Shown one piece after another: positions 8,660 through 20,596 of a DNA stretch of 24,925 nucleotides. Made by a program: the position numbers and the translations under genes. The notes under the pieces are model-generated. The model was given only the letters and a program-made list of their open reading frames with translations, ran no database searches and had not been told where the DNA came from. The DNA is from Myxococcota bacterium (GTDB taxonomy: Bacteria > Myxococcota_A > Polyangia > Polyangiales > Sandaracinaceae): the NCBI GenBank assembly GCA_036149055.1, contig JAYZQJ010000223.1, positions 1-24,925 on the forward strand. The letters are read 5' to 3'. Every line of letters starts with the position of its first letter. The first letter of the stretch is position 1.

Positions 8660-9133
8660 ATGCGTCGCGCATGGATGCCCTTCGTCGCTCTCTCCCTGCT
8701 GGCCTTCGGATGTGCGGAGCAGCCTCGTTGTGTCGACCGCGGGACGCCGGAACGGCCCCGGCCGGAGGCGCGCTGCAACGTGGACAAGGTCCCCGTCTGC
8801 GGCGACGACCCCAACGAGATCTACGACCCGGCGTCGGGCGCGCTGCGGCCCGTGCCGCCGGCGGGCTCGACCTGCGCCGGCGAGGAGAACTGCCGAGCGC
8901 GCGTCGACTGCGCGACCGGTGAGTCCGAGCCGGTCTGCTCGAACGGCGCCACGCCCTACTGCGTGCGCGGCGAGACCACGACCCTGCGCCCGATGATGCC
9001 TCCGCCCGCCGACTCCGGCGTCACCCCCGAGGAGGACTCGGGCGTCGACACCGACGCGGGCTCGAGCGACGACGCGGGCACGGACGACGCCGGCGCGGGC
9101 GACGACGCCGGTCCCGCCGACTCGGGCGTCTGA
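8660..9133 (+). CDS. Small Cys-rich lipoprotein with DSG/DAG-repeat tail
   Basis: MRRAWMPFVALSLLAFG-C lipobox, 8 further Cys, tail DSGV..DAGS..DAGT..DAGA..DAGP..DSGV. Alternative start at 8612 overlaps the terB stop. Confidence 0.75.
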   Translation: MRRAWMPFVALSLLAFGCAEQPRCVDRGTPERPRPEARCNVDKVPVCGDDPNEIYDPASGALRPVPPAGSTCAGEENCRARVDCATGESEPVCSNGATPYCVRGETTTLRPMMPPPADSGVTPEEDSGVDTDAGSSDDAGTDDAGAGDDAGPADSGV

Positions 9134-9150
9134 ACGCGCCGCGAGGCTCG

Positions 9151-9183
9151 ATCGAGGGGCGCCGCCTGGCGGAGCCCCTCGAT
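9151..9183. terminator. Hairpin between convergent genes
   Basis: ATCGAGGGGC (9151-9160) pairs with GCCCCTCGAT (9174-9183), with inner CCGC/GCGG. Confidence 0.5.
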
Positions 9184-9338
9184 ACTCAATTGTGGGTGGC
9201 GGCTGGCCGCCGGGTCCTGGCTTGCTCGTTGGTCGGGCAGGCTCGGGGACGACCGATTTCTCGCAGAGGCGCAGAGATGGGGCGGTGCCTCGCCGGGTCG
9301 TGCCGGGATGGCCGCCGCTCGTCAGCCGTTCCTCGGCG

Positions 9339-10073
9339 TCAATTCAGATAGCGCGGCGGCTCGTCGTCTCCGCCGCCGCGGAGGACGCGGAGGTCGGGGC
9401 CGCTGCGGCGCTTCGGCTTGGTCGGCTTCTTCGGGGTGCGCGGGCGCGTGATCCACTTGGCGAAGCCGACGCCGGCGCCGATCGAGGCGGCCTGGGTGGC
9501 GAGCACGAACGGGTCCTTCGCCAGCACCGCCATCAGCGCCGAGAGCCCGATGCCGATCGCCAGCGCGGTCCACGCCTGGAGCCGGATCATCAGGGGGAAG
9601 AGCATGATCTCCCGGCCGCGGAAGATCACCGGGAAGGCGCCGAACGCGGCCGCCGCCACGACGCCGGCGCCGTGAGGCGGGTAGACGCGCAGGCTCACCC
9701 CGGCGACGTGGAGGAGCGCGGCCAGCGCGAGCGCGCCCGCCGCTCCGGACAGCACGCCCACCGCGGTGAGCTGCAAGGCGCGCTTGGCCCCGAACGCCTC
9801 CTCGAAGGGCGAGAGGAAGAAGTAGATCATCACCAGCGTGATCGCGGCGCTGAGCAGCACCGCCGGATCGGCCGGCCACACCATCCAGTAGGTGAGCGGC
9901 TGCCACGCCAGCATCCAGGCGTTGCCGTCCATGAAGCCGACGTTGAGCGCGGTCAGCTCGAAGATCGGGAAGCCGCCCACGTTCTGCACGATGGCGACGG
10001 TGACGAACGAGACCCCGAGGAAGATCAGGAGCTTCTTGACCGTCGGGGTGAGCCGGGGGAACTGGAAGCGCAC
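9339..10073 (-). CDS. Rhomboid-like membrane protein, apparently catalytically inactive
   Basis: About 6 TM segments; LTPTVKKLLI start, WQPLTY, FEEAFGAKR. HGAG sits where GxSG is expected and ATQAASIGAG where AHxxG is expected. RBS GAGGAG. Confidence 0.7.
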   Translation of the reverse strand: MRFQFPRLTPTVKKLLIFLGVSFVTVAIVQNVGGFPIFELTALNVGFMDGNAWMLAWQPLTYWMVWPADPAVLLSAAITLVMIYFFLSPFEEAFGAKRALQLTAVGVLSGAAGALALAALLHVAGVSLRVYPPHGAGVVAAAAFGAFPVIFRGREIMLFPLMIRLQAWTALAIGIGLSALMAVLAKDPFVLATQAASIGAGVGFAKWITRPRTPKKPTKPKRRSGPDLRVLRGGGDDEPPRYLN

Positions 10074-10118
10074 GCTCCTCAGGATGTAGTCATCCGGGCC
10101 CCCCAGGGCAACCGAGGG

Positions 10119-10952
10119 CTAGGGCGTCACGTCGACGACCGGGACCATCTCCCCGGGCGAGACGCAGTGGTCGCCGCTGCACGCCTCTCCGGCCGGGCAG
10201 GCCGCGCCCGCGCCGCAGAAGGTCTGGCAGCGCCCGCCGATCCGGCACTCGCTGCCGCGCTCCACCGAGAGGTCCTGCGGATCGGTGGCGAAGCGGACGG
10301 CGCCCTCCGCGTCGAGCGCCTCGAGGTGGGCCCGGTAGGTGAAGCCCGGCAGCGCCCGCGCGCCGACCGCTCCGTTCGCGCACGGGACCGACGAGTCGCC
10401 GACCACCGCGCCGCCGCCCAGGTCGTCGAACACGAGCGCGACCGTCTCCACGCCGGCCGCCTCGCAGGTCGTGGTGTTGGCGTTCTGATCGCCGAACGCG
10501 AACCGCGCGCTCACCGTCCCGGTGTAGAAGGCGCCGATGGGCACGACGATCGGCGCGCCGCCCGCTTCCGCCACCGCCTCGGCGCTCTCGCCGATGGCCA
10601 CCACCGCGCCGGTCCCGTCGATCGCCTCGAGGCGCACCGTCCAGGTGCCGGCGGCGACCACCTCGCCGCTCCCGCGCCGACCCGCGGTGTCGAACACGCC
10701 GGCCTCGCCCCCGTCGCTCGACGCGGTGCAGCTGAAGAAGAGCCCGGGGTGGGGCACCGGCCGCCGCTCGTCGAGGAAGGTCACCCGGACCCGACTCGCC
10801 CCGAGCGCGGCGCAGCTCGCGTCGGTCGGCGCCTCCCCGTCGATCGTCCACTGCCCCTGGATCGACACCGCGTTGCCCACCGGGTCGAAGTCGCTGAGCG
10901 AGACGCACCCCGCGAGCAATACCCCGAGCCCGACGCCGAACGTTCTCCGCAC
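10119..10952 (-). CDS. Lipoprotein with two two-Cys beta-sandwich repeats and a Cys-rich tail
   Basis: MRRTFGVGLGVLLAG-C lipobox. Repeats QWTIDG..SCAALGASRVRV and RFAFG..TCEAAGVETVAL. Tail CRIGGRCQTFCGAGAACPAGEACSGDHC. Confidence 0.8.
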   Translation of the reverse strand: MRRTFGVGLGVLLAGCVSLSDFDPVGNAVSIQGQWTIDGEAPTDASCAALGASRVRVTFLDERRPVPHPGLFFSCTASSDGGEAGVFDTAGRRGSGEVVAAGTWTVRLEAIDGTGAVVAIGESAEAVAEAGGAPIVVPIGAFYTGTVSARFAFGDQNANTTTCEAAGVETVALVFDDLGGGAVVGDSSVPCANGAVGARALPGFTYRAHLEALDAEGAVRFATDPQDLSVERGSECRIGGRCQTFCGAGAACPAGEACSGDHCVSPGEMVPVVDVTP

Positions 10953-11055
10953 GCCCCGATCCTAGCCGCTCCCGCCCGGGCGTCACGTGCCCCGAGACGA
11001 CGAGAGGCCGGTCGACGGATCGACCGGCCTCCCGGAGCGCGACGTCGGTCGTCGC

Positions 11056-12495
11056 TCAGGGGTTGTAGTCGGCCCGGCAGGTCGTGAGACCGAGGCCGCC
11101 CGCCGCGTCGATGTTCAGCGTGCAGGTGCCCATCGGGTCCCAGGCCTTGAAGCCGCCGCGGTAGCCTTCGACGACGACGTCGTAGCTGCCGGGAGCCAGG
11201 GCGGCTCCGCCGACGCCGGCCATCACGTTGATCTCCTCACCGCAGGCCACCGTCATGCCGACGTCCTGCCCGGCGACGAAGGTGCCGCCCGGCGAGCCGT
11301 CGTTCAGGTAGACCTCCCAGTGCATCTGCTCGACGCCCGCGGTCGCGCAGTCGACGTAGGAGCCCGAGGCGCTCATGCTCTCCCACTCGAAGGAGGCGAC
11401 GATCGTCGAGCTGTCGAGGCGGAAGTCGAGGTCGAGCTCGAGCGGGGTGCCCGCCGTCACGGTGATCGGGGAGTCGGTCTGGACCTCGCTGATCAGCGCG
11501 CCGCCGGTGGCCAGGAGCTCGGCGGTCACGAGGTAGTCGCCCGCGGCGAGGATCGGCGTGCCGCTCGCGAAGGCGCCGTCCCCGCAGGGCGCGCCCATCA
11601 CGACCCGCCGGCCGTTGGTGAGGCCGGTGTCCTCGGCGGCGTAGAAGTAGAGCTCGACGGTCGCGCCTCCGACGGCGTCACACGACTTGTCGGTCGACAT
11701 CTGACCGCCGATGTCCCAGCTCGTGTTGAGCACGGCGTCGTTGCCCAGGGGGTTGAAGCCGCCGACGAAGTCGATGGGGGCGCCGCCGTTGATGGCGAGC
11801 GTCTCGTCGACGCCGAGGGTCAGCATCTCGTTCATCGCCATCGCGATCACGGCGCCGTCCGCGTCGACCGCGACGACCCGGAGGTTGTAGCTGCCCACCG
11901 CGACGAGCTCGCTGAAGCCGCCGGTCGCGCAGGCGTAGGCGAGGGTGGAGGCCGGATCGGGCACGCCGCCGGCGTCGAGGAACTGGACGTGCACCTCCGC
12001 GATCCCGAGGTCGCCGCAGTTGGTGGCGTCGGGCGTGGCGCCGTTGATGGTCCAGCTGCCGGTCAGGGTGCCGGCCGGGATGGACTCGATGATGAAGTCG
12101 GCGTCGATGGTGATGGTGTCGCCGAAGAGGGCGGTGACGGTGACCGGATCGGTCGCCGCGACCACGACCGAGGCCGCGTTGCGATCGACCGCCTCGACCA
12201 CGAGGTCATAGGTGCCCTCGAGGAGCACGGGGCCCGTGCTCGCGGAGCCCTGGGCGCAGGGGAAGGTCAGGCGGTTGTCGATCCAGCTGCCGGCGCCGTC
12301 GAGGACCCGGATCCGGACGTCGGTCACGCCCGCCGCCGCGCACTCCGCCGCGTTCGCCGGGACGCCGTTGATCGTCCACGCCGCGTCCACGCTGACCTCG
12401 GCGCCGAACGGATCGGGGCCGATCTCCACGACACAACCCGCCGCGTAGAACGGGACGGCGAGGGCGCACGCCCACCATGCTCTGCCAAGCTTCAT
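11056..12495 (-). CDS. Lipoprotein with four two-Cys beta-sandwich repeats
   Basis: RBS CAGGAGG before ATG 12495; MKLGRAWWACALAVPFYAAG-C lipobox. Four repeats beginning WTING..C, WTING..C, WDIGG..C and FEW..C, each with a second Cys and a GxY motif. Confidence 0.85.
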   Translation of the reverse strand: MKLGRAWWACALAVPFYAAGCVVEIGPDPFGAEVSVDAAWTINGVPANAAECAAAGVTDVRIRVLDGAGSWIDNRLTFPCAQGSASTGPVLLEGTYDLVVEAVDRNAASVVVAATDPVTVTALFGDTITIDADFIIESIPAGTLTGSWTINGATPDATNCGDLGIAEVHVQFLDAGGVPDPASTLAYACATGGFSELVAVGSYNLRVVAVDADGAVIAMAMNEMLTLGVDETLAINGGAPIDFVGGFNPLGNDAVLNTSWDIGGQMSTDKSCDAVGGATVELYFYAAEDTGLTNGRRVVMGAPCGDGAFASGTPILAAGDYLVTAELLATGGALISEVQTDSPITVTAGTPLELDLDFRLDSSTIVASFEWESMSASGSYVDCATAGVEQMHWEVYLNDGSPGGTFVAGQDVGMTVACGEEINVMAGVGGAALAPGSYDVVVEGYRGGFKAWDPMGTCTLNIDAAGGLGLTTCRADYNP

Positions 12496-12639
12496 CTCAT
12501 CCTCCTGAAAGTTGCCGTGATCGTCCCCCGACCCAGCCGCGCTGTCCAGACGGCAGGGCCGCCGCGTTGATTCAGCTTCGCCTGGGGCGTACTTGCTCCA
12601 TGCGTAGCACCTGCACGTTTCGGCGTGAAGTGGCACGCA

Positions 12640-12667
12640 TTGACACGAGTAGAGCCCTGGTTAGCTT
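12640..12667 (+). promoter_or_regulatory. Putative sigma70-type promoter of hsp20
   Basis: TTGACA (12640-12645), 16-nt spacer, TAGCTT (12662-12667), about 100 nt upstream of the ATG. Confidence 0.5.
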
Positions 12668-12764
12668 GGATTTCACGGAGGGAGCGCCCGCTGGGGCGCG
12701 CGACCCCCGGCTCGTTTCCAGTCAACCGGGGCCCGCGTGGGCGGGCCCGAAGGAGAGGTACGCC

Positions 12765-13175
12765 ATGCCCATGCTGACCCGTTGGGATCCGTTCGCCGAG
12801 CTCTCTCGGCTCCAGAACGACATGAACCGCGCCTGGACGAACCGCGAGCGGTTCGAGCCGGCCGTCGACATCCGCGAGGAGGACGAGGCGATCGTGCTCG
12901 AGGCCGAGGTGCCCGGCATGAAGGCCGACAACCTGAAGGTGCACGTCGACGACAACGTGCTGACCCTCGAGGGCGAGCGGCGCTTCGAGAAGGAGGAGAA
13001 GAAGGAGCGCTACCACCGCATCGAGCGCTCGTACGGCAAGTTCGTGCGGAGCTTCTCGCTGCCGAAGAACGTCGACGGAGAGGCGATCGACGCGAAGCTC
13101 GACGACGGCGTCTTGACCGTGCGGCTCCCGAAGCGGAGCGCGCCCGAGAAGCGGCGCATCGAGGTGAAGAGCTAG
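12765..13175 (+). CDS. Hsp20/alpha-crystallin small heat shock protein
   Basis: RBS AGGAGAGG. MLTRWDPFAEL, PAVDIRE, EVPG, ERSYGKFVRSFSLP, DGVLTVRLPK, and C-terminal IEV (IxI/V) motif. Confidence 0.97.
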   Translation: MPMLTRWDPFAELSRLQNDMNRAWTNRERFEPAVDIREEDEAIVLEAEVPGMKADNLKVHVDDNVLTLEGERRFEKEEKKERYHRIERSYGKFVRSFSLPKNVDGEAIDAKLDDGVLTVRLPKRSAPEKRRIEVKS

Positions 13176-13189
13176 CGTGAAGAGCTAGC
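13164..13189 (+). repeat. 13-bp perfect tandem duplication spanning the hsp20 stop codon
   Basis: GTGAAGAGCTAGC at 13164-13176 and again at 13177-13189. Confidence 0.9.
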
Positions 13190-13460
13190 GACGGCGCCCG
13201 CGTGGCCTCCGGGGGGGAGGGAGTGGGGCCACGAGGACGCCGTCGATCCAGTATCGGTGGAGTCTGGCCATCGCGCCCGTCCCGGCCGACGGACGCACCT
13301 GACCGAGGACGCCAGCGGTGGCGCCATCCGCCGAGACCCCTCTCACACCGTGGCAGCCCGCCCCTCCCGGTGGGCCGCGAACGACTTAGATCTCTGGATG
13401 TAGCGGCGCCGACATGGCCGAGCCCCTCCCCCCCATAGGCTGTGTCGGCGCCGCGTTTTT
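13189..13460 (+). ncRNA. Candidate structured 3'-UTR/sRNA with C-rich (anti-SD-like) loops
   Basis: Hairpins at 13189-13245 (G-rich loop), 13323-13354 (GAGA-CCCC-TCTC), 13356-13375 (loop CCTCCC) and 13403-13454 (loop containing CCCCTCCCCCCC), followed by T5. Inferred from structure only. Confidence 0.4.
13403..13460 (+). terminator. Intrinsic terminator (+ strand; may also serve convergent sucA)
   Basis: 17-bp stem GCGGCGCCGACATGGCC/GGCTGTGTCGGCGCCGC with two G-U pairs that form only on the + strand, followed by GTTTTT. Confidence 0.75.
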
Positions 13461-13474
13461 CCGTCCGTCCGCCG

Positions 13475-16369
<2,895 letters not shown>

Positions 16370-16481
16370 CGTCGCCTTTCGCGAGGGGATTGCCTCGAAG
16401 TTTCCCGATATTACCCGTGTTCTCGGACAGGCACCACCCCGACTCCCGTCCAACCTTGCCGCAGGGGATACGGCGCGCTTC

Positions 16482-18170
<1,689 letters not shown>

Positions 18171-18211
18171 CCGTCCTCCGCCCCGAGGTATACGACGCTC
18201 GTCCGGCCGCG

Positions 18212-19669
18212 TCATCGAAAGCTGTAGAAGAACGCACAGCGCTCGAAGGTGGTGCCGTCGACGTAGACCTCGTAGTCGAAGGTCAGGCGCTCCTCGAAGG
18301 GCACCGCGCCCAGGAGGTGGAGGCGGTACTGCGCGACCGAGACCTGGCCGCTCGAGAGGTGGTCGCCGCAGCAGAAGTCGAAGCCCGGCGCGCCGCTGAG
18401 CGGGAGCGCGAAGGGCCCCCGCAGGTAGTAGAACGAGCCGCCGAAGTAGTCCTCGATCCCCGTGCCCCGCGCGCGCTCCGCGCCGTCGACGGTGATCCGG
18501 TGGTCGCCCTCCATGAACCACCAGCCGGCCTCGACGCCGTGCACGGCGAGGTGCTGGCCGACGTAGCTCCCCGGGCCCTCGGCCTCGAGCACGGTCACGA
18601 CCCCGCGGTCGTGGGTGCTGGCCTCGCAGCGGGCTCGGAGGCGGCCGAGCCCGGGGTCGAAGGCGGCGCGGTCGTGCGGGGCCTCGAGGGTGATCGAGAC
18701 CGCCTCGCCGCTGGGGTTGTGCAGCTCCCAGCGCAGCGCGCGCTCCACCGGGATCGGGAGGCGCAGCGACGCCCGCGCGCCGTCGAAGGCGCCGGGGGCC
18801 GCGTCGTAGCTCCCCGCGGGGGCGAAGGCGCCGAGCCAGCGGAGGAGCGGCGCCTCGGCGACCTCCTCCCCGTCGACCACGAGGCGGCTGACGAGGCCGG
18901 GCGTCGCGTCGGCCGACAGGGCCCGCACCACGGTCGGGCCCTCGAGCTCGAGCGCCCCGGTCTCGCCCGGCGCGAGCGTGAGGGTCGCGCGCGCGGTCTC
19001 CTCGACCGGCCGCTCGCCGTCGACCCACAGCCGGGTGGCGGCGTCGAGCGACGCGCGCTCGTCCGCGGTCAGCGCGCCGTCGAACGACCGGACGACCGTG
19101 CCCGGCGGCAGCCGACGCCAGTCCACCTGGTGGTAGACGATCAGGTCGTCGCGCCCGTCCTCCTCGAGGGTGAGCCGCATGGAGCGCGCGAACGCGATCG
19201 GGACCGAGACGATGTAGCCGTCGCTCGCCAGGTCACGGCCGGCGACCCAGGGGCGCGGGAAGCCGTCGAGCTCTCCGCTCGTGAGCGCCGCGAGGGTGGT
19301 GCCGCGGCCGGTCCCGAAGTCGATCTCGGCCCCGTCCACGTAGACGTGCAGGGGGAGGGTGTCGCCGGTCTCGTGCCGCTCGCTCCCGTCCCGAATGGTC
19401 AGCCAGATCCGGGTCACGACGCCGGGGCCGGCGGCGTCGAAGAAGATCAGCTCGTCGCCGTCGCGGCCGATGAACTGGTTGAAGTCCCGGTTGGCCGGCC
19501 GCTCGCCGAAGGCCGACGGCTGCGCCGAGCTCGAGAGGCGCGCCTCGCCGGGCAGGCGCCGGGCCGGCAGCTCCGGGTCGTTCAGCGCGCCGAAGGCGTC
19601 GAAGTCCCCGGCGTACGGGGGCTCCTCCGCGCAGCCGAGCAGCGCGAGCCCGAGCAGCAGCCCCCTCAC
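18212..19669 (-). CDS. DUF2961 / GH172-like glycoside hydrolase lipoprotein
   Basis: MRGLLLGLALLG-C lipobox. Motifs AAGPGVVTRIWLT, EGPGSYVG, WFMEGDHRITVDG, GTGIEDYFGGSFYY, YRLHLLGAVPF. Confidence 0.85.
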   Translation of the reverse strand: MRGLLLGLALLGCAEEPPYAGDFDAFGALNDPELPARRLPGEARLSSSAQPSAFGERPANRDFNQFIGRDGDELIFFDAAGPGVVTRIWLTIRDGSERHETGDTLPLHVYVDGAEIDFGTGRGTTLAALTSGELDGFPRPWVAGRDLASDGYIVSVPIAFARSMRLTLEEDGRDDLIVYHQVDWRRLPPGTVVRSFDGALTADERASLDAATRLWVDGERPVEETARATLTLAPGETGALELEGPTVVRALSADATPGLVSRLVVDGEEVAEAPLLRWLGAFAPAGSYDAAPGAFDGARASLRLPIPVERALRWELHNPSGEAVSITLEAPHDRAAFDPGLGRLRARCEASTHDRGVVTVLEAEGPGSYVGQHLAVHGVEAGWWFMEGDHRITVDGAERARGTGIEDYFGGSFYYLRGPFALPLSGAPGFDFCCGDHLSSGQVSVAQYRLHLLGAVPFEERLTFDYEVYVDGTTFERCAFFYSFR

Positions 19670-20592
19670 AGCCAGCCGCCGAAGCGCTCGGGCGGCGTGG
19701 TGGCGCCGCGTCGGAGGTGGATGGCGTAGAGCGGGCGCTCCATCTCACGGGCGAGCCGGAGCACCGGGCCCTGCGACGTGCCGCCTTTGAAGAGGTCGGC
19801 CTCGGCCTCGATCATCGCGTCGAGCAGGGCGGCGTAGAGCGGGCGGAGCAGGCCGCGGCCGCGGAGCGAGGGCGCGAGCAGCAGGAACATGCCGGCGGTG
19901 CGCCCCCAGAACGGCCGCTCCTCGATGGCCGCCGACACGTGGCCGGCGAAGGCGCCGCCCCGGCGGACCGCGAGGTGGCCCTCCCGCGAGGCGCGGAGGC
20001 TCTCCTCGCACCGGGCCAGCCAGCGGGGGTCGGCCCCGAACCAGCAGTACTCGGGCTCTCGGGTGAAGGTCGCCCGCTGGAGCGCGATCGAGGCCTCGAT
20101 GTCCTCCTCGCCGAGCGGCGCGAGGGTGACCCCGGCGGGGAGCGGCGGCGCCTGCAGCTTCGCGCGGGCCCGGCCCGGATCGCCGAGGAGCTGGATCGAG
20201 TCCACCCGCAGCCCCCGCGCGAGCAGCGCGCGGCGCGTCTCGAGGTGGCTCGGGTCGAGCATGAGCTCGAGGTCGGCCTCCATCCGGGGGAGGGCGGCGT
20301 CCAGCGTCGCCTCCCGGAACGCGCGCGGCGCGGCCTCGAGGTCCATCGCCACCCGGCTCACCGGCGGCCCGACCCAGGAGTCCTCCTCGTGGGCCCAGGC
20401 GAGCGCCGCCGTCACCCGCCCGCCCTCCTCGTGGGCCCAGACGTCACCGCGCTCGTGCAGGGGGCGGAGGAAGCGCCGTATGGACTCCGTCGCCTCGTCG
20501 CCGTCCCGGAAGCCGGGGAAGCGGCGGAGATCGGCGCGCCGGAGCGCGACGTGAGCCTCGAGGAGCGCCTCGTCCACGCCCCTCGATGGCAC
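19666..20592 (-). CDS. GNAT-fold acetyltransferase-like protein
   Basis: C-terminal half has VTLAPLGEEDIEA and acetyl-CoA motif A LLAPSLRGRGL. Stop overlaps the DUF2961 start (GTGA). Start uncertain. Confidence 0.65.
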   Translation of the reverse strand: MPSRGVDEALLEAHVALRRADLRRFPGFRDGDEATESIRRFLRPLHERGDVWAHEEGGRVTAALAWAHEEDSWVGPPVSRVAMDLEAAPRAFREATLDAALPRMEADLELMLDPSHLETRRALLARGLRVDSIQLLGDPGRARAKLQAPPLPAGVTLAPLGEEDIEASIALQRATFTREPEYCWFGADPRWLARCEESLRASREGHLAVRRGGAFAGHVSAAIEERPFWGRTAGMFLLLAPSLRGRGLLRPLYAALLDAMIEAEADLFKGGTSQGPVLRLAREMERPLYAIHLRRGATTPPERFGGWL

Positions 20593-20596
20593 GCGC

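Noticed and set aside
2048..8672. Very long minus-strand ORFs (2048-5167, 1039 aa; 4608-8672, 1354 aa)
   Set aside because: Antisense shadows of well-supported + strand genes; stops are rare at this GC content; Arg/Gly/Ala-rich with no motifs.
9339..12495. Rhombosortase/GlyGly-CTERM or MYXO-CTERM sorting system
   Set aside because: The neighbouring proteins have N-terminal lipoboxes and no C-terminal TM plus basic tail, and the rhomboid lacks catalytic residues.
12631..12646. TGGCACG as a sigma54 -24 box, or CIRCE/HAIR, upstream of hsp20
   Set aside because: No GC at the -12 position (GG-N10-CA); no TTAGCACTC-N9-GAGTGCTAA or CTTGAGT-N7-ACTCAAG match.
13202..13438. 78-aa ORF in the hsp20-sucA gap
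   Set aside because: No SD, no typical GC3 bias, low-complexity Pro/Arg product; the region is better explained by RNA structure.
16370..16412. sucA leader hairpin (CGAGG/CCTCG) as a known sucA RNA motif
   Set aside because: Only a 5-bp stem; I cannot match it to the described proteobacterial motifs.
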